Of a stretch of DNA of 64,000 nt, positions 9,046-17,550 are shown one piece after another. Under the pieces are notes generated by a model. It searched no databases and was not told where the DNA came from. It saw nothing but the letters and a program-made list of their open reading frames with translations. Source of the stretch: Nitrospirota bacterium. GTDB lineage: Bacteria > Nitrospirota > UBA9217. The DNA lies in contig OY760142.1 in the NCBI GenBank assembly GCA_963663225.1, positions 1,120,001-1,184,000 on the forward strand. The letters run 5' to 3'. The position numbers were made by a program, and so were the translations under genes. Within the stretch, counting starts at the first letter, position 1; every line of letters starts with the position of its first letter.

Positions 9046-9081
9046 AAAACAGAAATGCTCCCGGCACAAGACCGGGAGCAT
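9046..9081 (-). terminator. Intrinsic terminator after trpB2
   Basis: ATGCTCCCGG/CCGGGAGCAT stem followed by a T-rich tail on the minus strand. Confidence 0.7.
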
Positions 9082-9089
9082 GAGAATCA

Positions 9090-10448
9090 TTATATCTTCG
9101 GCAATTTTGCGAGCGACTTTTGTATGTCTTCTTCCGGATGTTCATGGTCGAACAGCTTGCCCTCGCGGTAGTCCGCATAGGCCTGCAGATCAAGATATCC
9201 GTGTCCGCTCAGGTTGAAGAGAATCGTTCTCTGTTTTCCCTCCTCTTTGGCAAGGAGTGCTTCATCAATCGCGGCGCGGATCGCGTGCGCGCTCTCCGGG
9301 GCCGGAATGATCGATTCCGTGTTGGAAAAGAGAACCGCCGCCTCGAAAACTTTGGTCTGCGGATATGCCACGGCCTCGATAATCTTGTCATGGTAGAGCT
9401 GGGAGACCAGCGATGAATCTCCATGGTACCTGAGTCCGCCGGCGTGAATTCCCGAAGGGATAAAGTCATGGCCGAGCGTGTACATGGTCATAAGCGGGGT
9501 AAGTCCTGCAACATCTCCAAAGTCATAGCGGAATTCACCCTTCGTGAGCGTGGGACAGGAGGTCGGTTCCACGGCGACGGCCCGGAGGTCCTTCTTTTTT
9601 CCAGCCAGCTTGTCATGAACAAACGGGAACGCGATGCCGGCAAAGTTGCTTCCTCCTCCGCAGCAGCCGATTACCACGTCAGGATAGTCACCGGCAATCT
9701 CAAATTGTTTTTTCGCCTCGAGTCCGATCACGGTCTGGTGCAGGCAGACATGGTTCAATACCGAGCCCAGCGCGTAGTTCGTATCACCATGGGTGGCCGC
9801 GTCTTCCACGGCTTCAGAAATGGCGATGCCGAGGCTTCCCGTGCTGTCAGGATCACGTTCGAGAATTTTTCTGCCGGCCTCTGTCAGCTTTGATGGACTT
9901 GCGTGCACGGTGGCGCCCCAGGTCTCCATCTGCATTCTCCGGTACGGCTTCTGACCGTAGCTTACCTTTACCATGTACACTGTTACGTCCAGACCGAACA
10001 GTTTTCCGGCCAGCGCCATGGAGGCCCCCCATTGCCCTGCGCCGGTTTCGGTCGCGATACGCTTGATCCCTGCTTTTTTGTTGTAGTACGCCTGTGGGAT
10101 GGAGGTATTCGGTTTATGACTTCCGGCGGGACTCACCCCTTCATATTTATAATAAATCTTCGCCGGTGTTTTCAAGGCTTGTTCAAGCCGGTGCGCGCGA
10201 TACAGTGGTGACGGTCTCCAGAGCGAATAAATGTCGAGTACTTCTTCGGGAATGTCGATCCAACGCTCCTGGGTCACTTCCTGCTCGATAAGCGCCATCG
10301 GGAAAATAGGCAACAGGTCCTGCGGTGTCACCGGCTGTTTTGTTGCCGGGTGGAGCGGAGGCTTTGGCAGGTGCGGCATATCAGCCATGATGTTGTACCA
10401 TTTGGTGGGGATTTCCTTGTCGGAAAGGACTATTTTAGTCTGCTTCAT
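9090..10448 (-). CDS. trpB2: TrpB-like PLP-dependent enzyme (TrpB2)
   Basis: [55 protein letters not shown]; no trpA adjacent. Confidence 0.93.
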   Translation of the reverse strand: MKQTKIVLSDKEIPTKWYNIMADMPHLPKPPLHPATKQPVTPQDLLPIFPMALIEQEVTQERWIDIPEEVLDIYSLWRPSPLYRAHRLEQALKTPAKIYYKYEGVSPAGSHKPNTSIPQAYYNKKAGIKRIATETGAGQWGASMALAGKLFGLDVTVYMVKVSYGQKPYRRMQMETWGATVHASPSKLTEAGRKILERDPDSTGSLGIAISEAVEDAATHGDTNYALGSVLNHVCLHQTVIGLEAKKQFEIAGDYPDVVIGCCGGGSNFAGIAFPFVHDKLAGKKKDLRAVAVEPTSCPTLTKGEFRYDFGDVAGLTPLMTMYTLGHDFIPSGIHAGGLRYHGDSSLVSQLYHDKIIEAVAYPQTKVFEAAVLFSNTESIIPAPESAHAIRAAIDEALLAKEEGKQRTILFNLSGHGYLDLQAYADYREGKLFDHEHPEEDIQKSLAKLPKI

Positions 10449-10546
10449 TACTTCCTCCTGCGGCTAAAATATAAGCAAAAAACTTGCGTATTGTATCCTA
10501 TTCCAGGCCTTTTCTCAACGGGATTTTCCGGGAAGGGAACCGTCTG

Positions 10547-11032
10547 TCAGGAAATTCCGACGCGGACGAGTGTCGGTTTTAATATCCCTACCGCATCTTT
10601 TGGGTCCATGCCGACAAGGTACCCCCGCCTGCCGCCGTTGATATAAATTCTGGGAAGATCCGCTATTGTTGCTTCCATGAATACCGGCATTTTTTTTCGA
10701 GTGCCGAACGGCGAGGTCCCGCCTACCTGATACCCGGAATGCCGCTGGGCAACCGCAGGATCGCAGGGAGTGACGCTCTTGGTGCCCACAACCCTGGCGA
10801 GTTCCTTCGTGGAGACCTTCAGATCACCGTGCATCAGTACAATCAGTGGATTTTTCCGTTCGTCCTCCATGATCAGTGTCTTGATTACGTGGTGTTCCGG
10901 CACCTGCAATTCACGGGCGCAGACCTCCGTACCTCCATGATCTTCATACGTATACGGGTGGTCTGTATACTCAACGCCTGCATCACGCAAGACCCGTATT
11001 GCGGGTGTTACCGATAGTTTGTCTTTGCTCAT
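10547..11032 (-). CDS. ybaK: Cys-tRNA(Pro) deacylase YbaK/EbsC
   Basis: TPAIR...VIKTLIM...SGYQVGGTSPFG...INGGRRG. Confidence 0.9.
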   Translation of the reverse strand: MSKDKLSVTPAIRVLRDAGVEYTDHPYTYEDHGGTEVCARELQVPEHHVIKTLIMEDERKNPLIVLMHGDLKVSTKELARVVGTKSVTPCDPAVAQRHSGYQVGGTSPFGTRKKMPVFMEATIADLPRIYINGGRRGYLVGMDPKDAVGILKPTLVRVGIS

Positions 11033-11116
11033 ACGAGTTTGTATCCTTAAAATATCATTTTGGTGGCTTGCAAAAAACCGTTCTGCGCGCGAATCAGAAC
11101 ATTCGGGCACACTATT

Positions 11117-12292
11117 TTAAGCGGGTATTCGGCTTGATGCTTGTTTCCTTAACAAGAAAAAGCCCACAGTGCCCGCCGCAAGAGAGCTGAACAAAATGCT
11201 CATCTTTGAACTTGAAACGATCCCGGGGTTGTTGAACGCCAGCAGTGTTATGAAAATTGACATGGTAAACCCGATTCCACCCAGAAATCCGGCGCCGAGA
11301 ATGTGTTTCCAGGACACGTCATCCGGCAATTGGGAAATCCCCATTTTAACCGCCAGCAGGCTGAACAGAAAAATTCCAAGAGGTTTTCCGGCAAACAAGC
11401 CTGCAAAAATGCCTGCACAGTTCAGCGTCAGCAGGCCTTCCATCCAGTTCCCGCTCAACGCAATACCGGTGTTTGCCAGCGCAAAAATCGGCATGATAAT
11501 AAACGCCACCGGTATATGCACAAAATGCTGCAGCCGGTAGGAAGGTGATTTTTCGCCGCCGTCTGCAAAAGGTATGGCAAAGGCAAGGAGAACTCCGGTG
11601 AGTGTTGGATGAATGCCGGATTTAAGCATGCAATACCACAGGACGCATCCGGGCAGAATATACGCGGGCAACCAGCGCACGTTCAGGCGGTTTAAGCATA
11701 TCAGCCCGGCGAATATTCCTGCTGCGAGCGCAAAATAAGCAGCGGAAAAGTCACTCGAGTAAAACAATGCAATGACAATTATTGCTCCCAAGTCGTCGAT
11801 AATGGCCAGCGCGGCGAGAAAAATTTTTACGGCTACCGGAACCTTATCTCCCAGCAGCGCGAGCACTCCGAGCGCAAATGCGATATCGGTTGCCATCGGA
11901 ATACCCATGCCTGCCTGAGTTGCGGTTCCCCGATTGAGAAGCAGGTGAAAAAATGCCGGGGTGATCATGCCGCCCAGAGCGGCAATAACCGGCAAGGTTG
12001 CGTTTTTTATACTCGATAATTCACCAATATAAAGTTCCCGTTCAATCTCCAGTCCGATCAGCAGAAAGAAAATTGTCATTAAGCCGTCATTAACCCAATG
12101 CTCAATGCTGTGCGTCAAGGCAATTCCGCCTATGCTCACGCCGATTTTCGTCTGCCAGAATTCAATATATCCGCTTCCGAATTGCGAATTGGCGATAAGA
12201 ATCGAAATGACTGTACAGAAAATCAGGACACTGCCTGACATCTGTTCGCTTTTAAAAAATTCCTGAAAAAGTTTGGTCAATACTGTTTTCAT
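11117..12292 (-). CDS. nhaA: Na+/H+ antiporter NhaA
   Basis: WVNDGLMTIFF, GIPMATDIAFALG, LAIIDDLGAI, GIGFTMSIFI. Confidence 0.96.
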   Translation of the reverse strand: MKTVLTKLFQEFFKSEQMSGSVLIFCTVISILIANSQFGSGYIEFWQTKIGVSIGGIALTHSIEHWVNDGLMTIFFLLIGLEIERELYIGELSSIKNATLPVIAALGGMITPAFFHLLLNRGTATQAGMGIPMATDIAFALGVLALLGDKVPVAVKIFLAALAIIDDLGAIIVIALFYSSDFSAAYFALAAGIFAGLICLNRLNVRWLPAYILPGCVLWYCMLKSGIHPTLTGVLLAFAIPFADGGEKSPSYRLQHFVHIPVAFIIMPIFALANTGIALSGNWMEGLLTLNCAGIFAGLFAGKPLGIFLFSLLAVKMGISQLPDDVSWKHILGAGFLGGIGFTMSIFITLLAFNNPGIVSSSKMSILFSSLAAGTVGFFLLRKQASSRIPA

Positions 12293-12448
12293 ACCGATAG
12301 ATCTCTATGCAGCACAGAGCCCGGTGATACCTTGACGCTGCTCGGAACAAAAAATTTTTCATGCTCATCGCAACAAAAGGATGTATTCGTGCAGATGGTA
12401 TTCTGCCGTATCTGGTGGGATAAAAAGCTTTTCGGGCACCCGCCTGCA

Positions 12449-12724
12449 CTACATCCCGATGGAAAACATGCTGTCCAGGTCGTGGCGGGAATAAACCCGG
12501 AAGGAAATAAGCGTTTCAGATTTGAGTATTCCCTCGACCTTCAGCATCTGGTTTGTTACCAGTTCCGCCATTTGCTCGTTGTCCTTTGCGCGGATGACCA
12601 CCGCGAGATCAAAGCGTCCTGCGACAGAGTATACTTCGCTGATCCCCGGCATTTCCGCCAATGTTTCAGCGACGATATTCACTTTACCCCGCTCAATGTT
12701 CAGAAGAACCAGCGCCGTTACCAT
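12449..12724 (-). CDS. Stand-alone Lrp/AsnC ligand-binding (RAM) domain protein
   Basis: EVYSVAGRFDLAVVIR...VEGILKSETLI; no HTH. Confidence 0.85.
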   Translation of the reverse strand: MVTALVLLNIERGKVNIVAETLAEMPGISEVYSVAGRFDLAVVIRAKDNEQMAELVTNQMLKVEGILKSETLISFRVYSRHDLDSMFSIGM

Positions 12725-12782
12725 GTGACCTCCCCGTTTTTTGTGATCATTATAGCAGATTTAGCTTGATTGACCAAACGAT

Positions 12783-13697
12783 TCACCCCGCGCACCGCGG
12801 ATCCGGCGCGGCTATATTCCCCGTGTGAAGGTACGCGTGTGCCGGACAACCTCCATGGCATTTTGCGTGAAGTTCGCACTTCTTGCGGGGGCATGCATTG
12901 TTCGTGTGTGTCCGAAAAAAGCTGAGTGAAGGATGATTCCAGATCAATTCAAAAGAATCATACAGAATGTTTCCGAGCAAAAACGCACCGGCTCCGAAAA
13001 AAAGATTGCAGGGATACACCGAACCATCCGGCATTACACCCAGCTTGGTTGTACCGGCCGGGCAACGCGTCCCGGCAAGATCCGGATACTGCTTTACATC
13101 AGGAAGAAATCCGGAGCAATATACGGTGTCGATTTTCGACGCCAGATAGAATTTCTGCTGGGCTGTGGACATGAATTGGTAAAAAGGCACAGCCTTGTCG
13201 GAATCATTTTTATCCATGACATCCCGGTAAATAAGTGAAAATCGCTTCGGATGCAGCTGAAGGATTTCTGTTATGAGCGTGAGGTCGGTATGAGGACCAT
13301 ATGCGGTTTTCACGACGGGGTTGCAGTCCTGCACAAAGTTTTTGAGCTGCTGTAGCGATTCCCGGTCATTGATTGAAACACCCACCGTCGTTTTATGCTC
13401 CGCCCTCTGCAGCGCCTTCAACATATCGATATTGGAACCATTCGAGCTGATATTCACGCGCATTCCACAGTCCACTGCTTGGTGAACAAAATTACCGATG
13501 TCCGGGTGCAGGGTGGGCTCTCCCCCGATAATATCCAGGGTTTTTATGGGAAATGCGGCAACGTTCTTGATCATTATCGAAAAGTTTTGAAGTGGCATGT
13601 CCGGCAGCGGGGAGAGGTGATGGTTAAAGCAGAAGTCACAGGAACGATTGCAGCGAAGCGTTGGATAGAACTGTATATAATCGGGAGCGGTGCGCAT
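12783..13697 (-). CDS. Radical SAM/SPASM domain protein
   Basis: CNRSCDFC, GGEPTLH, CPAG...MPDGSVYPC...LGNI...CPRKKCELHAKCHGGCPA...DPRC. Confidence 0.9.
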   Translation of the reverse strand: MRTAPDYIQFYPTLRCNRSCDFCFNHHLSPLPDMPLQNFSIMIKNVAAFPIKTLDIIGGEPTLHPDIGNFVHQAVDCGMRVNISSNGSNIDMLKALQRAEHKTTVGVSINDRESLQQLKNFVQDCNPVVKTAYGPHTDLTLITEILQLHPKRFSLIYRDVMDKNDSDKAVPFYQFMSTAQQKFYLASKIDTVYCSGFLPDVKQYPDLAGTRCPAGTTKLGVMPDGSVYPCNLFFGAGAFLLGNILYDSFELIWNHPSLSFFRTHTNNACPRKKCELHAKCHGGCPAHAYLHTGNIAAPDPRCAG

Positions 13698-13698
13698 T

Positions 13699-14556
13699 TT
13701 ATTTTATTGAAAATACGTTTTTCCTTTTTTGTATAAATCCTTCTTCGGTCAGCTGGTGAAGGCCTTTCTGTACGCGCTCGGCATCCAGCCTTGTCTTCTT
13801 GACAATTTGCGCCGATGTGAGGGATGATTCGTTAACAAGCAGTTTCAAAATCATTCCTCGCACCTGCCGGTTCGAGTTCTCGAAAGGACTTTGCCGCGTA
13901 TAATGCGCGCTTTTTCTGTTTGGGTTGATTTGCTGCTGTTTCAACATGCTCCCGTAATCCATAAGCGCGTTATACCACGATCGCGGGTCTTTCACATCAA
14001 GCGTTTGTTCTATCAGCGGGACAAGGTTTTCGTCCTTGATGTTTTCTTTATCTTTGAAGAACTCGTGAATAAAAACCCGCCTGATGTTCGTATCCATGAA
14101 TACAACAGGTTTATTAAACGCAAAAGCGGTTATCGCGCCAACGGTGTATTTCCCAATGCCGGGCAGGGAAAGCAGTTCAGCAGGATCAGAAGGCAGTTTT
14201 CCTTGGTATTCAGCCATGACCTGTTTGGCAAGTGATCGAAGCGCCAAAGCGCGGCGATTGTATCCCATGCCTGACCAGATGAAAAGGAGCTTTTGGAGTG
14301 GTGCCTCTGCGAGCGCACAAAAGTCGGGAAATGCCGCCAGAAAAATCTTGTACTTGTGCATCACCCGTTCCACCTGGGTCTGCTGAAGCATGATTTCGGA
14401 CACAAGAATCCGGTATGGATTCCTGGTCCTCCTCCAGGGAAGATCGCGTCCATGGGTGTGGTAATATTGATAGACTTTTCTTTGAAAAGTTTTGATTTGT
14501 GCTGCTGTGAGTTGTTTTTTTAGCAACTGTCTGTATCCTGCTCCCGATACTTTCAA
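13699..14556 (-). CDS. mutY: A/G-specific adenine glycosylase, MutY-like (no Fe-S motif)
   Basis: RDLPWR, VSEIMLQQTQV, GMGYNRRA, LPGIGKYT, DTNIRRV. Confidence 0.85.
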   Translation of the reverse strand: MKVSGAGYRQLLKKQLTAAQIKTFQRKVYQYYHTHGRDLPWRRTRNPYRILVSEIMLQQTQVERVMHKYKIFLAAFPDFCALAEAPLQKLLFIWSGMGYNRRALALRSLAKQVMAEYQGKLPSDPAELLSLPGIGKYTVGAITAFAFNKPVVFMDTNIRRVFIHEFFKDKENIKDENLVPLIEQTLDVKDPRSWYNALMDYGSMLKQQQINPNRKSAHYTRQSPFENSNRQVRGMILKLLVNESSLTSAQIVKKTRLDAERVQKGLHQLTEEGFIQKRKNVFSIK

Positions 14557-14558
14557 AT

Positions 14559-15275
14559 CTAGGGGATGACCCTTGTCTTCCTCTCTGGAAAACTGATTAC
14601 CGTGGTTTGTGAAGGGGTTCGTTCGTCTCTCGTATAAACAAAATCTGTCCTCACAAGTTCGATCGGTTTATCGCCTGGCTGAAACATCTTCATTACCTTC
14701 ACCCGGCCCTGTTTATCATAGGTATATTCCGTAAAGCTAATGAGTGCTTCCCTGTCCGTGGTGAGCAGGTTTTTCAACTCCTCCATTCCGGGAGGTATGA
14801 TCGCCCATGTCCCGATGATAAAACCGGCCGCTCCTCCTGCAATAGGCAGGACCACGGCTGCAGCGAGGGAATATAGACCTTCTTTTCCACCCGTGCGCCC
14901 GGCTGCTTCCGCAGCTCCCAACCCCAGCACGGTTCCCACTTTGAAGCCGTTCTCGGTCCAGGAGTACAAAACATTGAGCGGACGCATCAAATCAGCTTTC
15001 TGTTCCACGATCAGGACGTTAAAGGATTTAACAGGTTTGCCGTCTACCAGGTAAACAAGCGTAAACTGCTCTCCTGCTTTTTCCGGCCTTCTGCTCAAAA
15101 CCGACAGAAACAGCGGCAGTCCGTGCTGATCATAGTCAACATTCTTGATCTGTATAATCGTGATATCTGTTTTATCAGCAGCGGTGTGGTGAGAGAGATC
15201 AAGCCGTTTCGCGGAGCAGCCTGCCAGGCAGCAGAAAAAAATAAAAAATACAGCGACACGAAGTACCGTGGTCAT
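14559..15275 (-). CDS. Hypothetical lipoprotein with glycine-zipper-like hydrophobic segment
   Basis: Signal peptide with LAGC lipobox; internal Gly/Ala-rich hydrophobic helices. Confidence 0.65.
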   Translation of the reverse strand: MTTVLRVAVFFIFFCCLAGCSAKRLDLSHHTAADKTDITIIQIKNVDYDQHGLPLFLSVLSRRPEKAGEQFTLVYLVDGKPVKSFNVLIVEQKADLMRPLNVLYSWTENGFKVGTVLGLGAAEAAGRTGGKEGLYSLAAAVVLPIAGGAAGFIIGTWAIIPPGMEELKNLLTTDREALISFTEYTYDKQGRVKVMKMFQPGDKPIELVRTDFVYTRDERTPSQTTVISFPERKTRVIP

Positions 15276-15319
15276 GAGTTCGATTATATAGTATGGAAAA
15301 CAGACTGACAAGGGTCGGG

Positions 15320-15982
15320 CTACTTTTTTCTAAGCAGGATGTACAACGCCCCCAGGCCGCCGTCGCACTGTCTGGCAGAGACATAGGAGATAATATCCTT
15401 CCGAAAATGGCCCGAGAGGCGCCTGAGCACGCTTGTTTTGATCCGGGGACCGTTTACCGAACGGAGGCCCCTGCCGTGGATAATCTTAACACACCGCAAA
15501 CCCCGTGAGAGAGATTCTTTTAGAAAATCAGCCATCTTCGACTCTGCTTCCGCTACGGTGAACCCATGCAGATCCAGATAAGCCTGGATTGAAAATCGGC
15601 CTTTATGCATTTGCTCTGCCAGACCGCCCTGATAATCAGGGTTCGTCCACTCCACATATTCCTGCGTATCAGACAGACAGATGGCTTGCCGACCGTCTGC
15701 AATCCCGCAGAGAACCAGCAGGGCTTCCTGGTCAGGATCACCTCTTTCCTGAATCGGCACTTTCTTTTTTTGCCCCTGTGCAAAGGGCAATTCTCTGAAC
15801 TCTTTGATCTCTTTTACCATGTTCATGGCGGTGCTGAACAGTTCGTCATCGGTATACTCATTCTTTTTCTTTTGAACGGGGGGTAAGGAAGCAGGCAGTG
15901 TTTCTCTGCTCGCCAGCTTTTTTTTGAGCTTATCAAAGGGTCGAATGGCAAAATTCTTTGTGGGCGGGTTTTTGCCGTGCAT
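15320..15982 (-). CDS. Smr/MutS2 domain protein
   Basis: LDLHG, IIHGRG, DGGLGALYILL. Confidence 0.92.
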   Translation of the reverse strand: MHGKNPPTKNFAIRPFDKLKKKLASRETLPASLPPVQKKKNEYTDDELFSTAMNMVKEIKEFRELPFAQGQKKKVPIQERGDPDQEALLVLCGIADGRQAICLSDTQEYVEWTNPDYQGGLAEQMHKGRFSIQAYLDLHGFTVAEAESKMADFLKESLSRGLRCVKIIHGRGLRSVNGPRIKTSVLRRLSGHFRKDIISYVSARQCDGGLGALYILLRKK

Positions 15983-16053
15983 GCACTATTGTACCACGCT
16001 GGTGTTCGCTGCACAATAATGACGAATATCCGGACGGGAAGCGGGCGGGCCTG

Positions 16054-16701
16054 CTACGCCGACAGAATGGACTTCATGGCGCGGGCCGTCGTTTTGTAAA
16101 ACGTTGTTTTTGCATGCTGCTCTAATCGTTCGGCAAGAAAAAGACCGAATTTTCGCAGATGCTCTTCGAGGACTTTCTTTTGCAGTTCACGGGCGTACGA
16201 TTCGATTTTTTGATCATTATTTTTGATCCCGTTTATTTCATTGAAGCAGAGATACGCCATGAATTCCAGCTCAACTGCAACGTGGTCAGGAGGAAGTTTA
16301 AAATCTTCACTTAGCTTCAGTCCGGCCTCATGGTACAGCCGGGCGATTTGAAAGGTGGATTCCTGGATGAGCTTGCCTTCACGGTATACAGACTCAAAGA
16401 GGTAAACCTGGCGAGGCTTGGATGCAAAACACATCCATGTGTAGTCTTTCTCCAAATCGAGGAGGAGCTTTTTTTTATTTTGATCAGGTTTTGCATATGC
16501 TGTTTTCAGAGATGGTTCAACGTCCGGCGATCTGAGAAGCCCGAGGGCATCCAGGGCTCCCGCAAGTTTTGTCGCAAACTCACCGGTCGTCAGGCTTTCA
16601 ACAAGCTCTTCGCCGGGATAATTCAAGGCACGAGCCAATAAGGAATACACGGTCATTCTTAAAGAAGGCTCAATGAGTCTCTGATCGGCCGTATTCATCA
16701 C
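16054..16701 (-). CDS. TorD/DmsD family molybdoenzyme chaperone
   Basis: ESVY and PPDHVAVELEFM motifs. Confidence 0.92.
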   Translation of the reverse strand: MMNTADQRLIEPSLRMTVYSLLARALNYPGEELVESLTTGEFATKLAGALDALGLLRSPDVEPSLKTAYAKPDQNKKKLLLDLEKDYTWMCFASKPRQVYLFESVYREGKLIQESTFQIARLYHEAGLKLSEDFKLPPDHVAVELEFMAYLCFNEINGIKNNDQKIESYARELQKKVLEEHLRKFGLFLAERLEQHAKTTFYKTTARAMKSILSA

Positions 16702-16749
16702 TCTGCGCGCTCCATTCTTTGTGGTGAACGTATAAACCAGTTTGGAAAC

Positions 16750-16802
16750 AATAAGTCCACGGACTACAACATGGATCAGGCCGCCCTGTCCGTGGACTTA
16801 TT
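16750..16802. repeat. 15-bp perfect inverted repeat between Fe-S subunit and chaperone genes
   Basis: AATAAGTCCACGGAC...GTCCGTGGACTTATT with a 23-nt loop. Confidence 0.8.
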
Positions 16803-16827
16803 TTACCATACGGGGACTGCAAAACAG

Positions 16828-17541
16828 CTATTTATTTTTTGTTTCCTCTTCTGCTTCTATTCTCGCCCGCCGGTCGCTGAACTTCTTGAAACCGGTGATG
16901 GCAAGCGCCGCTGCAACCGGGACGACAGATCCTTTCCCAAGGTCAAGACTTCCGCTCTTACCGTTTTTACTCGCCACTTTCGGGTATCCGGCAGCAACAG
17001 GGTCCTGCTTCGAGAGCACGAACAGATGGGTCCCGCCGTTTTCCGTGTATCCGTAGAGCTTGAGCTTTTTTTCTTTTGCCTGCTTTGCTGCAAGGCTCTT
17101 TATCGCGCGGTATTCACCAAACTGCAAAGCCCCTGTCGGACAGACTTCCACGCAGGCAGGTTGCTTCCCGTCTCCGATGCGGTGCGCACAGAAACTGCAC
17201 TTGACGATTTTCTTTTTTGCCTCATCGAATTGGGGAACCCCGAACGGGCAGACTTTGGTGCAGGTCTCGCAGCCAATGCAGGTCTGGGCGTTATAGAGAA
17301 CCGGACCGTAACCGGACTTGGTCAGCGCCTTAACGGGACAATTTTCAACGCACTGGGGATTTTGGCAGTGCATGCATCTCTTCTGGTAAAGTCCCTCGTC
17401 ATTAATCTTCACAAACGTTCTGAAGAGGCCTTTCGCTGCCTGGTCATGATATCTGAACTCCTGTATACAGCGGTAACCGCAGGTATTGCAACCGGTGCAG
17501 AAGGTATTGTCAAGCAATATGGCATATTCTTTCATGGTCAT
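16828..17541 (-). CDS. Four-cluster Fe-S beta subunit (FdnH/HybA-like, C-terminal hydrophobic helix)
   Basis: CTGCNTCGYRC, CMHCQNPQCVENCP, CIGCETCTKVCP, CSFC...PACVEVCP; YG..E.GGTH; C-terminal SVVPVAAALAITGF. Confidence 0.92.
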   Translation of the reverse strand: MTMKEYAILLDNTFCTGCNTCGYRCIQEFRYHDQAAKGLFRTFVKINDEGLYQKRCMHCQNPQCVENCPVKALTKSGYGPVLYNAQTCIGCETCTKVCPFGVPQFDEAKKKIVKCSFCAHRIGDGKQPACVEVCPTGALQFGEYRAIKSLAAKQAKEKKLKLYGYTENGGTHLFVLSKQDPVAAGYPKVASKNGKSGSLDLGKGSVVPVAAALAITGFKKFSDRRARIEAEEETKNK

Positions 17542-17550
17542 TCACCTCGC

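Noticed and set aside
12293-12448. Possible Na+/Li+ riboswitch (nhaA motif) upstream of nhaA
   Set aside because: Only weak hairpins; I could not match the consensus by eye. An Rfam scan would settle it
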